A DNA stretch of 61,448 nt, filler included, from Anaerolineae bacterium (GTDB lineage: Bacteria; Chloroflexota; Anaerolineae; Epilineales; Epilineaceae): the NCBI GenBank assembly GCA_029262755.1. It is 5 parts of 5 records of this genome, joined end to end, with 100 filler letters (N's around TTAATTAATTAA, not from the genome) between each part and the next. Parts side by side here need not be neighbours in the genome. Positions count along the whole stretch, not along the records: positions 18,843 to 33,930 come from JAJCYU010000137.1; 4 more parts are not named here. One strand, written 5' to 3'. Below are positions 18,743 to 28,595 of this stretch, one piece after another (position 1 is the stretch's first letter; every line of letters begins with the position of its first letter). The notes beneath the pieces are model-generated. The model saw nothing but the letters and a program-made list of their open reading frames with translations, searched no databases and was not told the origin of the DNA. The position numbers and the translations under genes were made by a program.

Positions 18743-18842
18743 NNNNNNNNNNNNNNNNNNNNNNNNNNNNNNNNNNNNNNNNNNNNTTAATTAATTAANN
18801 NNNNNNNNNNNNNNNNNNNNNNNNNNNNNNNNNNNNNNNNNN
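18743..18842. other. Artificial contig spacer
   Basis: N-run, TTAATTAATTAA, N-run. Confidence 0.98.
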
Positions 18843-19107
18843 ACCGCGCCGCACGGCGCCGCAAGGGCGTCGGGCTCGGAGCGGTTTCCACGGTGATGGG
18901 CAGGGGCGTTCATGCGCTGACAACGCGGACCGAGGCACACCGTTACTGCGGTTTTGTCCCCACACAGGGCGGCGTGATGTTGCTCATGCAACCGGACCAC
19001 GATTCCCTCACCCTGCGGTCCGACGAGCCCTGAAGTATGAGCGTGGTTCGATCAGCGCAGGGGCGCGATGAGAACCGGACACCACCGTTGTGCAACGCGT
19101 ACACGCG

Positions 19108-19138
19108 AAAAACGGCGAGGGCACAGGCCCCCGCCGTT
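19108..19138 (-). terminator. Rho-independent terminator of the Tyr-rich gene
   Basis: Minus strand reads CGGCGGGGGC-ctgt-GCCCTCGCCG then TTTTT. Confidence 0.75.
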
Positions 19139-19225
19139 GCTTTCGTTACAAGTTGCTGCGTTACCCGATGTTGCTACGTCACGCTACGTTGCGGTACACG
19201 CTCCAAGACGTCGAGCGTGACTCGC

Positions 19226-20098
19226 CTAGTAGCGGCTGTAATACCCTTGCCACAGCCAGTTGTTCTGGTAGCAGCGGCAACTCTGGTTATACGTGTAGCT
19301 GCGCGTCCAGTAGTAGGCCGGACGGTAGCTGATCGAGTTGCCGTAGCACGGGTTGCTGTTGTAGCGGCAGTTGCTCTGATACGGCAGGTAGTACCACAAC
19401 CCGGAATTCTGGTAGCAGTTGTTGCGCAGGTAGTTGCTGTTGTAGGCGTAGAAGTACTGGAGGTTGCGCGAGATGTGCGGCATGCGGATGTAGGCCGACA
19501 TCGTGTTGCACAGATTCCAGTAGCTGCTGTAGTAGCGGTAGTAGGTGCTGTAGGCGTTGTAGAACATGGCGCCCGAGCTGTAGCCGTAGGCATTCCAATC
19601 CGGAACATCGCCTTCCACGGTGAACTCGCCGCCGGCAGCGTTGATGCCGGGCATGACGGGATCGACCACGGCATGCTCGGCCATGCTCGCGAAGTTCTCG
19701 CCCTGCTCCACGGTGAAGTCATCGGCAACGACGAACTCTCCGCGCTCGATCAGCTGATTGGAGTGGTCGTAGGCAGCGCGCAGGTCGCTGAGGAATCGCT
19801 CGGTAACCTGCAACTCCTCGGCGGTCACGTCGCCGAGCTGGACCAGACCATTCTCGTCTACGTACGCGTATTGCTCGATGCGTTCGGTGAGCGCTTCGAG
19901 GTCGGCCATGACCTCGGCGTCGATAACGGTATCGAAGAGGTTGGCTTCGGGGGGCGTCGGCGCGGCGAATTCGACGGGGGCAGCGTCGATCGGCGCGACG
20001 GCAATCGGACCGTCAGCGTGGGCTACGCCGGACTGGAAGCCAACGAGGGCCGCCAGCAGCGCAGCGAGGGAAGTGATCGCGAGTCGATTCGACTTCAT
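19226..20098 (-). CDS. Secreted precursor: signal peptide, acidic pro-region, Tyr/Asn/Cys-rich cationic C-terminal domain
   Basis: GGAGG RBS 8 nt before MKSNRL, signal peptide ending AHA, strong TAC/AAC codon bias, own terminator. Function unknown. Confidence 0.8.
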   Translation of the reverse strand: MKSNRLAITSLAALLAALVGFQSGVAHADGPIAVAPIDAAPVEFAAPTPPEANLFDTVIDAEVMADLEALTERIEQYAYVDENGLVQLGDVTAEELQVTERFLSDLRAAYDHSNQLIERGEFVVADDFTVEQGENFASMAEHAVVDPVMPGINAAGGEFTVEGDVPDWNAYGYSSGAMFYNAYSTYYRYYSSYWNLCNTMSAYIRMPHISRNLQYFYAYNSNYLRNNCYQNSGLWYYLPYQSNCRYNSNPCYGNSISYRPAYYWTRSYTYNQSCRCYQNNWLWQGYYSRY

Positions 20099-20270
20099 GG
20101 ATCCATCCTCCATGGATGATCGGGAGCTACGGCGCGCGTTTGCGCGGCGAGCGCTCTTCCACCGGCTCGTTGCCGGTGACTGGGCTGGGCAGCGGCAGTC
20201 CTACGTCATGATAGCAGCGCCCGAAAGGCGCGCCAGCGGTAGGCCGGCCGTTCGCTCGGGCACCTACACA

Positions 20271-20295
20271 AACGCCGCCACCCCCGTGTTGTTAC
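20271..20295 (-). promoter_or_regulatory. Candidate ECF-sigma promoter
   Basis: Minus strand GTAAC-N16-CGTT, about 175 nt upstream of the Tyr-rich gene. Confidence 0.35.
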
Positions 20296-20308
20296 GACGA
20301 TCTTTCCG

Positions 20309-21574
20309 TCAGCCGAATCGAATCCAGCCGTCCTGATCGATCTGGCCGAGCATCCCGTTTGCCATGGAAGGCAGGATGTTCGGCCCGTGCATCACGAGGC
20401 GTCCTGCGGCACGGCGGACCACGACGCCGGGCATGGGCAAACCGAGCGTCCCAGCACTACGGGCACCGTTGATCGGCGGGAGCGCGACAAAGCCCGCAGC
20501 GCCGGCCGGCGACCAGCCCATGCACAGCGGAAGACCAGCCGACTCCTCAAACGCCTGGACGACACCCGTTCCGAGCGGATCACCGACAAGCCAACCCCGA
20601 ACCGACCGCAGATCCGCTTTCGCCAAGCGAGGATCCGCTGCGATCCGCTCCACCGCATCACCCGAAGACAAGACCCATGTTGGACGCAAGTAGCGAACAG
20701 CGTCCATGGCGTCGGCACTTCGTCCGCCGGGCAACAAGATCACGCGGGCTCGAAGTGCGAACGCGGCGCCCAGCCCTGCGACAAACCCAAGGGGCGTCTC
20801 CAGCGGCGCGAGCAGCAACCACGATTCCTCGTCGGGCAGCGCGTCAACCAGCCACGATCGCAGTTGCGCAGCACCCGCCACGAGGTGCTTGTGTGCGAAT
20901 ACATGGCCTCCTGCCGCGTAGGCCGGATCGTCGGGGGCAAGTTCCGGCAGCCGGAGCTCGCCCCGCTCTTTCCCGGCGAGCCATAGCGCCCACGACAGCC
21001 CACCCTTGGACGGCGGATCCGGTCGTGGCCGACGACGGCGCGCCAACGCGACAACCAGACGTTGTTGGAGGGGCAGACTACGCGCCGGGTCGGCCACGAC
21101 GAGCCTCCGGGCGGCCGAAGCAGCGTCGGCAACCGCCGGCTCCGCAAGCCGCGCAAGGCTCGTCACCATAACCGCCGCGACGCCACAGGTCCCGTCCACA
21201 TCGACGATGGCTCCCGCACGCTGCGCCCCGAGCGCTGCCTCAACCCACTCGGGGCTATCATCCAACGCGATGCGCACCGCGTCGCCGGGTCGGACGCCGT
21301 CACGGACCATGGCGCGTGCGACCTGCTCCACGCGAGCCAGGGTCGTGGCGTAGTTTTGGGAGCGAAGATGAAAGCTCAGGGCGGGGAGGGTCGGCGCACC
21401 GCCCGCCGCCCGGGCCAAGACGTCCGGGAAGACCGCGTCCGACGGATCCAACGTAATCGGTACGCCGGGCTCGTACTGAGCGGCCCACGGGTACGACGAC
21501 CCCACGGCCTGCAGCGGGCTGGCCGACTGCGGCAACGAGGCCGTCGAGGTGGGCAATTCCTTGTCGCTACTCAT
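20309..21574 (-). CDS. Degenerate AMP-binding (acyl-CoA ligase-like) protein
   Basis: '[12 protein letters not shown]', 'DLRSVR', 'GTLGLPMPG' and '[11 protein letters not shown]' resemble FadD; the TSGTTG P-loop and C-terminal subdomain are missing. Confidence 0.7.
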   Translation of the reverse strand: MSSDKELPTSTASLPQSASPLQAVGSSYPWAAQYEPGVPITLDPSDAVFPDVLARAAGGAPTLPALSFHLRSQNYATTLARVEQVARAMVRDGVRPGDAVRIALDDSPEWVEAALGAQRAGAIVDVDGTCGVAAVMVTSLARLAEPAVADAASAARRLVVADPARSLPLQQRLVVALARRRRPRPDPPSKGGLSWALWLAGKERGELRLPELAPDDPAYAAGGHVFAHKHLVAGAAQLRSWLVDALPDEESWLLLAPLETPLGFVAGLGAAFALRARVILLPGGRSADAMDAVRYLRPTWVLSSGDAVERIAADPRLAKADLRSVRGWLVGDPLGTGVVQAFEESAGLPLCMGWSPAGAAGFVALPPINGARSAGTLGLPMPGVVVRRAAGRLVMHGPNILPSMANGMLGQIDQDGWIRFG

Positions 21575-21714
21575 GCTTCCATTATAATCACGCCTTGGTG
21601 CTCGGTGCGATGACCGAGCATATCCACACCCATTCCACACGCTCCCGAACCCCAATTCGTGGCCGGAGACGGCTGGCCCGGGAGCGGAGGATCAACGAGA
21701 GGGAAGGTATCACC
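21561..21714 (+). promoter_or_regulatory. rpsB promoter and 5' leader
   Basis: TTGTCG-N16-TATAAT (21561-21588), then an approximately 120-nt leader with CCACAC motifs reminiscent of S2 autoregulatory leaders. Confidence 0.55.
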
Positions 21715-22533
21715 ATGTCCATGGCCACCATGAAGGAACTGCTTGAAGCAGGCGTCCACTTCGGGCACTACACGCGCCGTTGGAATCCCAAGATGCGCCC
21801 GTTTATCTTCACGGAGCGCAACGGGATTCACATCCTCGACCTTGCTCAAACGGTCGATCGCCTCGATGAGGCGACCGCCGCGGTGCGCGAATGCGCGGCC
21901 AAGGGCGGCACGGTGCTGTTCGTCGGAACCAAGAAGCAGGCGACCGCGAACCTGATCGAGGCGGCCGAAGGGTGCAGCATGCCCTATGTCACCCACCGTT
22001 GGCTCGGCGGCATGCTGACCAACTGGCAGACGATGCGCGCCCGAGTCAACCACCTACTCGACCTCGAGGCGCGACGGGACCGTGGTGAGTTCGGCTTGTT
22101 GACCAAGCGCGAAGCCCTGTTGCTCGAGCGCGAGATCACGAAGCTCAACCAACGCCTCGGTGGCATCAAGGACATGCACGACCTACCCGATATGCTCTAC
22201 ATCGTCGATACGCGGCGCGAGCACATCGCGGTTGCCGAGGCCAACAAGCTCGATATCCCCATCGTGGCCATCGTCGACACGAATTGCGATCCGGACCCGA
22301 TCAACTACGTGATTCCTTCCAATGACGATGCTATTCGCGCGTTGAAGTTGATCACCACGCGTATCGCCGACGCCATTATGGATGGTAAGACGCGCAGGGA
22401 GAGCACGCTCGTCGACGAGATTCGAGGCGATGAGGTCGACACCTCGCAGCGCGTGTTCGATCCCTTCGAGGCCGAGGGCGCCGATCCGGAGAGCGCGGCG
22501 GAGCCCGCTGTCAAGGCAACGCCTGCGAGCTAG
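21715..22533 (+). CDS. rpsB: 30S ribosomal protein S2
   Basis: [42 protein letters not shown]. Confidence 0.98.
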   Translation: MSMATMKELLEAGVHFGHYTRRWNPKMRPFIFTERNGIHILDLAQTVDRLDEATAAVRECAAKGGTVLFVGTKKQATANLIEAAEGCSMPYVTHRWLGGMLTNWQTMRARVNHLLDLEARRDRGEFGLLTKREALLLEREITKLNQRLGGIKDMHDLPDMLYIVDTRREHIAVAEANKLDIPIVAIVDTNCDPDPINYVIPSNDDAIRALKLITTRIADAIMDGKTRRESTLVDEIRGDEVDTSQRVFDPFEAEGADPESAAEPAVKATPAS

Positions 22534-22637
22534 GATCGTCACACCCCGCCCCCGTGGGGGCATCGAAGCGACACGATTATTCTTCCGAACGCGCGCGTCG
22601 AGCGATGACGGACGGACCAGCGAGAGAGGACGAACAC

Positions 22638-23240
22638 ATGAGCATCACGATGGACATGGTCAAGGACGTGCGGAAGCGCACGGGCGCCGGCGTACTCGAC
22701 GTCAAAAAGGCGCTGGAAGCCGCCGGTGGTGATGTCGAGGCCGCCATCCAGGCCCTACGAGAAAAGGGACTGGCCAAGGCCGCGAAAAAGTCCTCACGCG
22801 ATGCAAGCGAGGGCGCGATCGTGTCCTACTTGCACGGTGAGCCGCCACGTGTGGGCGTCTTGCTCGAGCTCAACTGTGAGACGGATTTCGTCGCGCGCAC
22901 CGATTCCTTCAAGGATCTCGGGCGCAACATCGCGATGCAGATTGCCGCCCTGAACGCCAGCTACGTCGATCCGGATCGGATCCCCGAAGATGTGCTTGCG
23001 CTGGAGAAGCAGACCCTGGCGGCGCAGATGGAAGGCGAGAACAAGCCGCCGGAGATTATGGAGAAGATCGTGACGGGCCGCATCGAGAAGTGGTATCAAG
23101 AAGTCACGCTCCTGCACCAGCCCTACATGCGTGACGACAGCATCACGATCGGCGAGTTGGTGAATCGCTCTATTGCAGAACTCGGCGAGAACATCGTCGT
23201 GCGGCGCTTCTCCCGGTACGAGCTCGGCGAGGGCGCGTAG
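22638..23240 (+). CDS. tsf: Translation elongation factor Ts (short form)
   Basis: RKRTGAG, ELNCETDFVART, GENIVVRRFSRYELGE. Confidence 0.97.
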   Translation: MSITMDMVKDVRKRTGAGVLDVKKALEAAGGDVEAAIQALREKGLAKAAKKSSRDASEGAIVSYLHGEPPRVGVLLELNCETDFVARTDSFKDLGRNIAMQIAALNASYVDPDRIPEDVLALEKQTLAAQMEGENKPPEIMEKIVTGRIEKWYQEVTLLHQPYMRDDSITIGELVNRSIAELGENIVVRRFSRYELGEGA

Positions 23241-23256
23241 CCTCGTGGCGTCTACC

Positions 23257-24045
23257 ATGACGCCCCCTCGATTCCGTAGGGTCTTGCTGAAGATTTCCGG
23301 CGAGGCCCTGGCCGGACCTTCCGGCTTCGGTATCGATCCGAATGCCGTGTCGCGTGTCGCCGATCGGGTGCGAGAATTGGCCGAGATCGGTGTCGAGGTT
23401 GCCGTCGTGCTCGGCGCAGGCAATCTATGGCGTGGGGCAAACGCGGGCGGCCTCGACCGTCCGACGGCCGATCATATGGGAATGTTGGCCACCGTCATGA
23501 ACGCGTTGGCCCTCCAGAGCGCGTTGGAAGCACAAGACCGGACCGTGCGTGTCCACACGGCCATTGAGATGGCCGCCGTGGCCGAGGCATACATTCGGCG
23601 GCGGGCCATTCATCAACTTGCCAAGGGGCATATCGTTGTGCTGGGAGCCGGGACGGGAAATCCGTTCTTCACCACCGATACGGCGGCGGCCCTGCGCGCC
23701 ATGGAACTCGGCTGCGAGTTGCTTATCAAGGCGACCAAGGTGGACGGCATCTACAGTAGCGATCCCAAGCTCGACAGCGACGCGGTGCGCTTTGAGCATC
23801 TATCCTACGATCAGGCGTTGACCATGGGCCTGCGGGTGATGGATCTGACGGCCTTTACGCTCTGCCAGGAAAACGATATGCCGATCGTCGTAGTCGATCT
23901 CTGGGAGCCGGGTACGATCCCTGCCGCCGCGCGCGGGGAGCACGTGGGCACTCTCGTAGACGGCCAGGACGATCCCGCGGTCGCGGCGCGGCTCGAAGCC
24001 GCGCGAACCACCCGGCCGACGCGCGCCGAACTCGCCGGTGCGTGA
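23257..24045 (+). CDS. pyrH: UMP kinase
   Basis: RVLLKISGEAL, ADHMGMLATVMN, GTGNPFFTTDTAAALRA. Confidence 0.97.
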   Translation: MTPPRFRRVLLKISGEALAGPSGFGIDPNAVSRVADRVRELAEIGVEVAVVLGAGNLWRGANAGGLDRPTADHMGMLATVMNALALQSALEAQDRTVRVHTAIEMAAVAEAYIRRRAIHQLAKGHIVVLGAGTGNPFFTTDTAAALRAMELGCELLIKATKVDGIYSSDPKLDSDAVRFEHLSYDQALTMGLRVMDLTAFTLCQENDMPIVVVDLWEPGTIPAAARGEHVGTLVDGQDDPAVAARLEAARTTRPTRAELAGA

Positions 24046-24063
24046 GCGCTTTGCTCCAAGGAG

Positions 24064-24615
24064 ATGGCGATGCTCGCTGATGAATTGAAGGACGCAAAGA
24101 CCCGGATGCAGGGCGCGATCGAAGCACTCGATCACGATCTGGACGGATTCCGCACCGGTCGCGCTTCGACGGCGTTGATCGATCGAATTCTGGTCGATTA
24201 CTACGGCACGCAGACGCCGATGAACCAGCTCTCGACCATCTCGGCGCCCGAGCCGCGGCTGATCACGGTCCGCCCATGGGATCGCAACGCGATGCCGGCC
24301 ATCGAAAAGGCCATCCTGTCCAGCGCGATCGGCTTGACCCCCTCGAATGATGGGCAGCTGATCCGCTTGCCGATTCCGCAGCTGACCGAAGAACGGCGCG
24401 AGGAGTTGATCAAGCTCGTCGGCAAACGGGTCGAAGAGGCGCGGATTGCAATCCGCAACGTTCGGCGCGACATCCTTCACCACATCGATGGGCTCGATCT
24501 GCCGGAAGACGAATCCTACGACGCCGGCGAGCAGGTCCAGACCATCACCAACGAATTCATCCAGGTGGCCGACGAGCACGCGGAGCGCAAAGCCGCCGAG
24601 ATCCGCGAGGTCTAA
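24064..24615 (+). CDS. frr: Ribosome recycling factor
   Basis: [26 protein letters not shown]. Confidence 0.97.
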   Translation: MAMLADELKDAKTRMQGAIEALDHDLDGFRTGRASTALIDRILVDYYGTQTPMNQLSTISAPEPRLITVRPWDRNAMPAIEKAILSSAIGLTPSNDGQLIRLPIPQLTEERREELIKLVGKRVEEARIAIRNVRRDILHHIDGLDLPEDESYDAGEQVQTITNEFIQVADEHAERKAAEIREV

Positions 24616-24619
24616 CCCG

Positions 24620-25465
24620 ATGGCAGCCGGCGCGCCCCGTAGCAACCGCGGCCGAGCCGCGGGAGCTCCCAGAGATGCGACCACGCCTTCGTCCGAGGCT
24701 CCGACGAGGCTGCCGTCGCACGTCGCCGTGATCATGGACGGCAACGGTCGTTGGGCGCGGCAACGCGGCCTGCCGCGCTTGGCGGGTCACCGTGCGGGCA
24801 CGGAAGCGCTACGCAGGCTCATTGAGGCCTGCGTCGAGTTCGGCGTTCCGCGCCTCACGATCTACGCCTTCTCCACCGAGAATTGGAAACGTCCCGCGCA
24901 CGAGGTGCGGGGCTTGATGTTCTTGCTGGAAGAAGTCATCGAGCGGCAGCTCTCCGAGCTGGACCGCAACGGTGTTCGCCTGCGCCACATCGGTTGGCTG
25001 GAGAACGTGCCGCACCATCTTCGGCGCGCCATCCAACGTGCCGTTGCGCGCACCGAAACCAACACGCGGCTGGAGCTCAACGTCGCGTTCAACTATGGGG
25101 GACGCCAAGAGATCGTGCGCGCAGTGCGCCGCATCGTCGAAGACGGGATCCCACCGGATGAGATCGACGAAGCCTGCCTGGAGCGCCACCTGGAAACGGC
25201 CGGCCTGCCCGACCCGGATCTGGTCATCCGCACCAGCGGCGAGATGCGGCTATCGAACTTCTTGCTTTGGCAGGTCGCGTATGCGGAGATCTACTGCACC
25301 CCGACGCTCTGGCCGGACTTCGATCGCGAGGAACTGCTGCGCGCACTGCATAGCTATGCCGCCCGCGATCGGCGTTTCGGCGAGCTCGAGGTGGATGAAG
25401 GCACGCCGCACGATGACGGGGAGACCGGCGATGCCAGCACCGTGCCCGTGAGCCGGGCGCGGTGA
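24620..25465 (+). CDS. uppS: Isoprenyl (undecaprenyl diphosphate) synthase
   Basis: [38 protein letters not shown]. Confidence 0.97.
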   Translation: MAAGAPRSNRGRAAGAPRDATTPSSEAPTRLPSHVAVIMDGNGRWARQRGLPRLAGHRAGTEALRRLIEACVEFGVPRLTIYAFSTENWKRPAHEVRGLMFLLEEVIERQLSELDRNGVRLRHIGWLENVPHHLRRAIQRAVARTETNTRLELNVAFNYGGRQEIVRAVRRIVEDGIPPDEIDEACLERHLETAGLPDPDLVIRTSGEMRLSNFLLWQVAYAEIYCTPTLWPDFDREELLRALHSYAARDRRFGELEVDEGTPHDDGETGDASTVPVSRAR

Positions 25466-26358
25466 AGCGGCGCGTGGAAACGGGCGCGCACGCGGACCCC
25501 GAAGCAACGGCCGCAGCCCCAGCGTCGGGACCTTCGACCTTGCTGGTCCGCTCGCTGAGCAGCCTGGTACTTGGCCCCGCGATCCTCGGCGCCGCGTGGT
25601 GGGGCGGAATGCCGTGGACGGCAGTCGTGTTGGGCGGAGCCATCCTCGCGACCCGAGAAGCGCTTCACATCGTGCGCGCCGACGAACCCGCGTCCAATGT
25701 CCTGGCCGGCACCCTCGTCACGATCGGGCTGGTCGTCACTGCGGGATTCCCGAATGTGAGCCAGCCTCTGTTGCTGCGCCTTGCCGTTGCATACGCGGTG
25801 CTCCTCACGTTCTTGGTTCAAATCGCGCGACCGCAGGCGCAGCGTTCCCTGGACGACTGGTCGCGTACGCTCGCCGTGTCCCTGTACATCGGCGCGATGA
25901 GCGGCTTCTTGCTCGGCCTACGCACGCTGCCCGACGGAAAAACGTGGTTGCTGGCCTTGCTGGCGCTCATTTGGACGAACGACTCCTTCGCCTACTTGGG
26001 AGGCCGTCGATTCGGTCGACACGCCATGGCGCCCGCTCTGAGCCCGAAGAAAACGTGGGAGGGCTTCGCCATCGCCGCGCTTGCGACCACGGTTGTAGCC
26101 GTATTGGGTATGGTGCTGCTCGATCCCAAGTGGCTGGCCATCCAACACCCCTATCCCGCGGCCGTGGCTCTAGCCCTGATCGTGTCCACCGCGGGCCCGC
26201 TCGGCGATCTGTCCGTGTCCTTTCTCAAGCGGCAAACCGGAGTCAAGGATTCGGGCGATTTGATCCCCGGGCACGGCGGCGTGCTTGACCGATCGGACAG
26301 CTTATTGTTCGCGGCTCCGCTGGTGTACTCGCTCGCCGTCTTGCTCGCCGCGTACTAG
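25462..26358 (+). CDS. cdsA: Phosphatidate cytidylyltransferase
   Basis: [27 protein letters not shown]. Confidence 0.96.
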   Translation: MKRRVETGAHADPEATAAAPASGPSTLLVRSLSSLVLGPAILGAAWWGGMPWTAVVLGGAILATREALHIVRADEPASNVLAGTLVTIGLVVTAGFPNVSQPLLLRLAVAYAVLLTFLVQIARPQAQRSLDDWSRTLAVSLYIGAMSGFLLGLRTLPDGKTWLLALLALIWTNDSFAYLGGRRFGRHAMAPALSPKKTWEGFAIAALATTVVAVLGMVLLDPKWLAIQHPYPAAVALALIVSTAGPLGDLSVSFLKRQTGVKDSGDLIPGHGGVLDRSDSLLFAAPLVYSLAVLLAAY

Positions 26359-26536
26359 GGCCCGTGCTCCGTACGGTCATGTCTCGGGGCTATCGCGGCC
26401 GGTCCCACGCCGGCCGTAGCACGCACCCCGCGTCCGGGCTCGCGATCGCGACCGTCAGTGCGCACCTACTTCTTCGCACCGCGGCGCCTCCGGCGGTCGA
26501 AGCGAGTGCGCGCAGTGCACGCAGACGGATCGCCCC

Positions 26537-28516
26537 ATGCTCGAGCTGATCATCGAAGGCCTACGCCGGCTGAATGTGGTGCTGAGCAGCACGTCGGTGC
26601 TCTTCGCGTTCTCCTTGATGGCCTATCTGTTCGTGTACAACGTCCGCAACGCGGTGGCCCGCGCGTTCGTGCTGTTGCTTGCGTTGATGAGCGTGGTGTA
26701 CGTGGGTGATCTCTTTCTTTCCACCGCACGGATCGAGGCCACGCATCCGGCCGCGGGGTTCTGGCTGCGCTTCGAGTGGCTGGGCATTGCCTTCGCGGCT
26801 CCTGCGTTTGCATTGTTCGCCAACGCCTTGTTGGAAGCCACGGGCAACCGCTCGAGGCTGCGGCGTGCGTGGCTCGCGGTGGCGTTCGGCCTCGGGGCCG
26901 TCGTGCTGGCTGCCGTGTGGAGCAGTCCGTGGGTGGTCGGCGCGGTCGTGGGTCTACCCGGCGTCGTGCACTTTGAGGCCGGTCCCGCCTTTCCGGCTTT
27001 CGCGGTCTGGCACCTCGTGCTGACCACCGTGGGCGCCGTGGGCATCGTCCGGGCTCGAAGGCGCGCGCTTACGCCTCGCACCAGACGCCGAACCACCGCC
27101 CTGTTGGTCAGCGTCATCGCGCCCTTGTCTGTCTTCCCGCTGCTCACGGCCGGCGGCGCAGGGCTCGGCGAGCGCGCCTTGCTGTTCCGACTACTCAACA
27201 TGACGGCCAACATTTCAATCGCGGGCATGCTCTTGTTCGTGGCGTGGGAGGTCGCATACCGCGGCACGCTCACGCCCGAGCGCGCCGTCCGGCGCGACCT
27301 CGTCAAGTACCTCGTAAACGGCCCCCTCCTCGGCGTCTTCGTCCTGGCCACGATCCAGCTTGTTCCCGTACGCCTGCAGACGAGCCTCGGGCTGCCGCGC
27401 GACATCGTGTTGATGCTGTGGACGATCGGCGGAATCGTGCTCTACCAGTTGCTCGTGCGCGCGGCCAAACCATGGGTCGATCGCGCGATTTACAGCGGCG
27501 AGGGCGACGATGTGGCATGGCTTCGTCGCATCGACGAGCGGCTCGTTTCCGAGCGCGACCTGCGCCAGCTGCTGGAAAACGTGTTGGCTGTCCTCTGCGA
27601 TCGCCTGCAGGTGACGACCGGCGCGATCCTGGTCTTCGAAGACGCCCAGCTGCGCGTCGACGCCGCCAACGGCGACACGTCTCGCATCGCCCACCTGCTC
27701 GTCGCGCTCGACGAGCAGGTGCTCGCCGACCTTCGCGCCGCACCTGGCCACGCGGGCGGTTTCACCGAAATCGAGGGGTTCCTTGTTCACCCTCTGGTTG
27801 CGAAGGGCGGCGAAGCGATCTTGGGCATGCTGGCCGTCGAAGATCCCGGCGCCGCCGTGGTCGGCGAGGAGCGAACCGCGGTCGCCCACCTGATCGCGGG
27901 TGCGGGGCGCGCCCTCGAACAACGGGTAATCCAGCGCAGCATTGTCGATGCATTGCGATCGCTGGCCCCGACGCTCGAGGGAATCCAACGCTTGCGGGGC
28001 TCCTTGGAACCGGCCACGGTGGCGGGAGGCGATCGGCGTCCGCTCGACGCCTTCGCGGAGCGCCCGATCGACGATCCGGACTTCTCGACGTGGGTGCGCG
28101 ATGCACTCGGCCACTATTGGGGCGGCCCGAAGCTCGCGGACAGCCCCCTGCTCGGCATGGAGGTAGTACAGCTCGAGCTGGACGCCCACCGCGGAAATTC
28201 GACCAAAGCCCTTCGCGGCGTGCTCGATCAGGCAATCGATGAACTTCGGCCTAACGACGGCGCACGCAGCATGACCGCAAGCGAATGGCTGATCTACAAC
28301 ATTCTCGAGCTCAAATTCGTGCGCGGTCTGAAAGTGCGCGACATTGCGGTGCGCCTCTCGCTCAGCGAATCCGACCTGTACCGCAAGCAGCGTGTTGCGA
28401 TCGATGCCCTGGCCGGACAGCTGCGAGCGATGGAGGATCGAGGGGGCGCCACAAAAGTCGTCGGTCCCACTTCGGACGTGGGCGACGTTGCAGATGGCGG
28501 AGGTCGCGGAGCGTGA
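26537..28516 (+). CDS. Membrane 7TM (HisKA_7TM-like) sensor fused to a GAF-like region and C-terminal HTH
   Basis: Many N-terminal TMs with 'WLRFEWLGIAFA'; C-terminal 'ILELKFVRGLKVRDIAVRLSLSESDLYRKQRVAI' HTH; no H-box or HATPase. Confidence 0.7.
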   Translation: MLELIIEGLRRLNVVLSSTSVLFAFSLMAYLFVYNVRNAVARAFVLLLALMSVVYVGDLFLSTARIEATHPAAGFWLRFEWLGIAFAAPAFALFANALLEATGNRSRLRRAWLAVAFGLGAVVLAAVWSSPWVVGAVVGLPGVVHFEAGPAFPAFAVWHLVLTTVGAVGIVRARRRALTPRTRRRTTALLVSVIAPLSVFPLLTAGGAGLGERALLFRLLNMTANISIAGMLLFVAWEVAYRGTLTPERAVRRDLVKYLVNGPLLGVFVLATIQLVPVRLQTSLGLPRDIVLMLWTIGGIVLYQLLVRAAKPWVDRAIYSGEGDDVAWLRRIDERLVSERDLRQLLENVLAVLCDRLQVTTGAILVFEDAQLRVDAANGDTSRIAHLLVALDEQVLADLRAAPGHAGGFTEIEGFLVHPLVAKGGEAILGMLAVEDPGAAVVGEERTAVAHLIAGAGRALEQRVIQRSIVDALRSLAPTLEGIQRLRGSLEPATVAGGDRRPLDAFAERPIDDPDFSTWVRDALGHYWGGPKLADSPLLGMEVVQLELDAHRGNSTKALRGVLDQAIDELRPNDGARSMTASEWLIYNILELKFVRGLKVRDIAVRLSLSESDLYRKQRVAIDALAGQLRAMEDRGGATKVVGPTSDVGDVADGGGRGA

Positions 28517-28595
28517 TACGCTAGGGACTGCTTCTACGCTTCGAACGATTTCGTACCCGGTTCCGAGTCCCAAACAACTCCCCACGGAGGAAGTC

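Noticed and set aside
18743..18842. TTAATTAATTAA palindrome recurring four times within N-runs
   Set aside because: Artificial all-frame-stop contig linker. Adjacency across these spacers carries no biological meaning.
18843..19100. Hairpin-rich region as a possible riboswitch or ribozyme
   Set aside because: No recognisable aptamer or hammerhead core by eye. An Rfam/Infernal scan would be needed.
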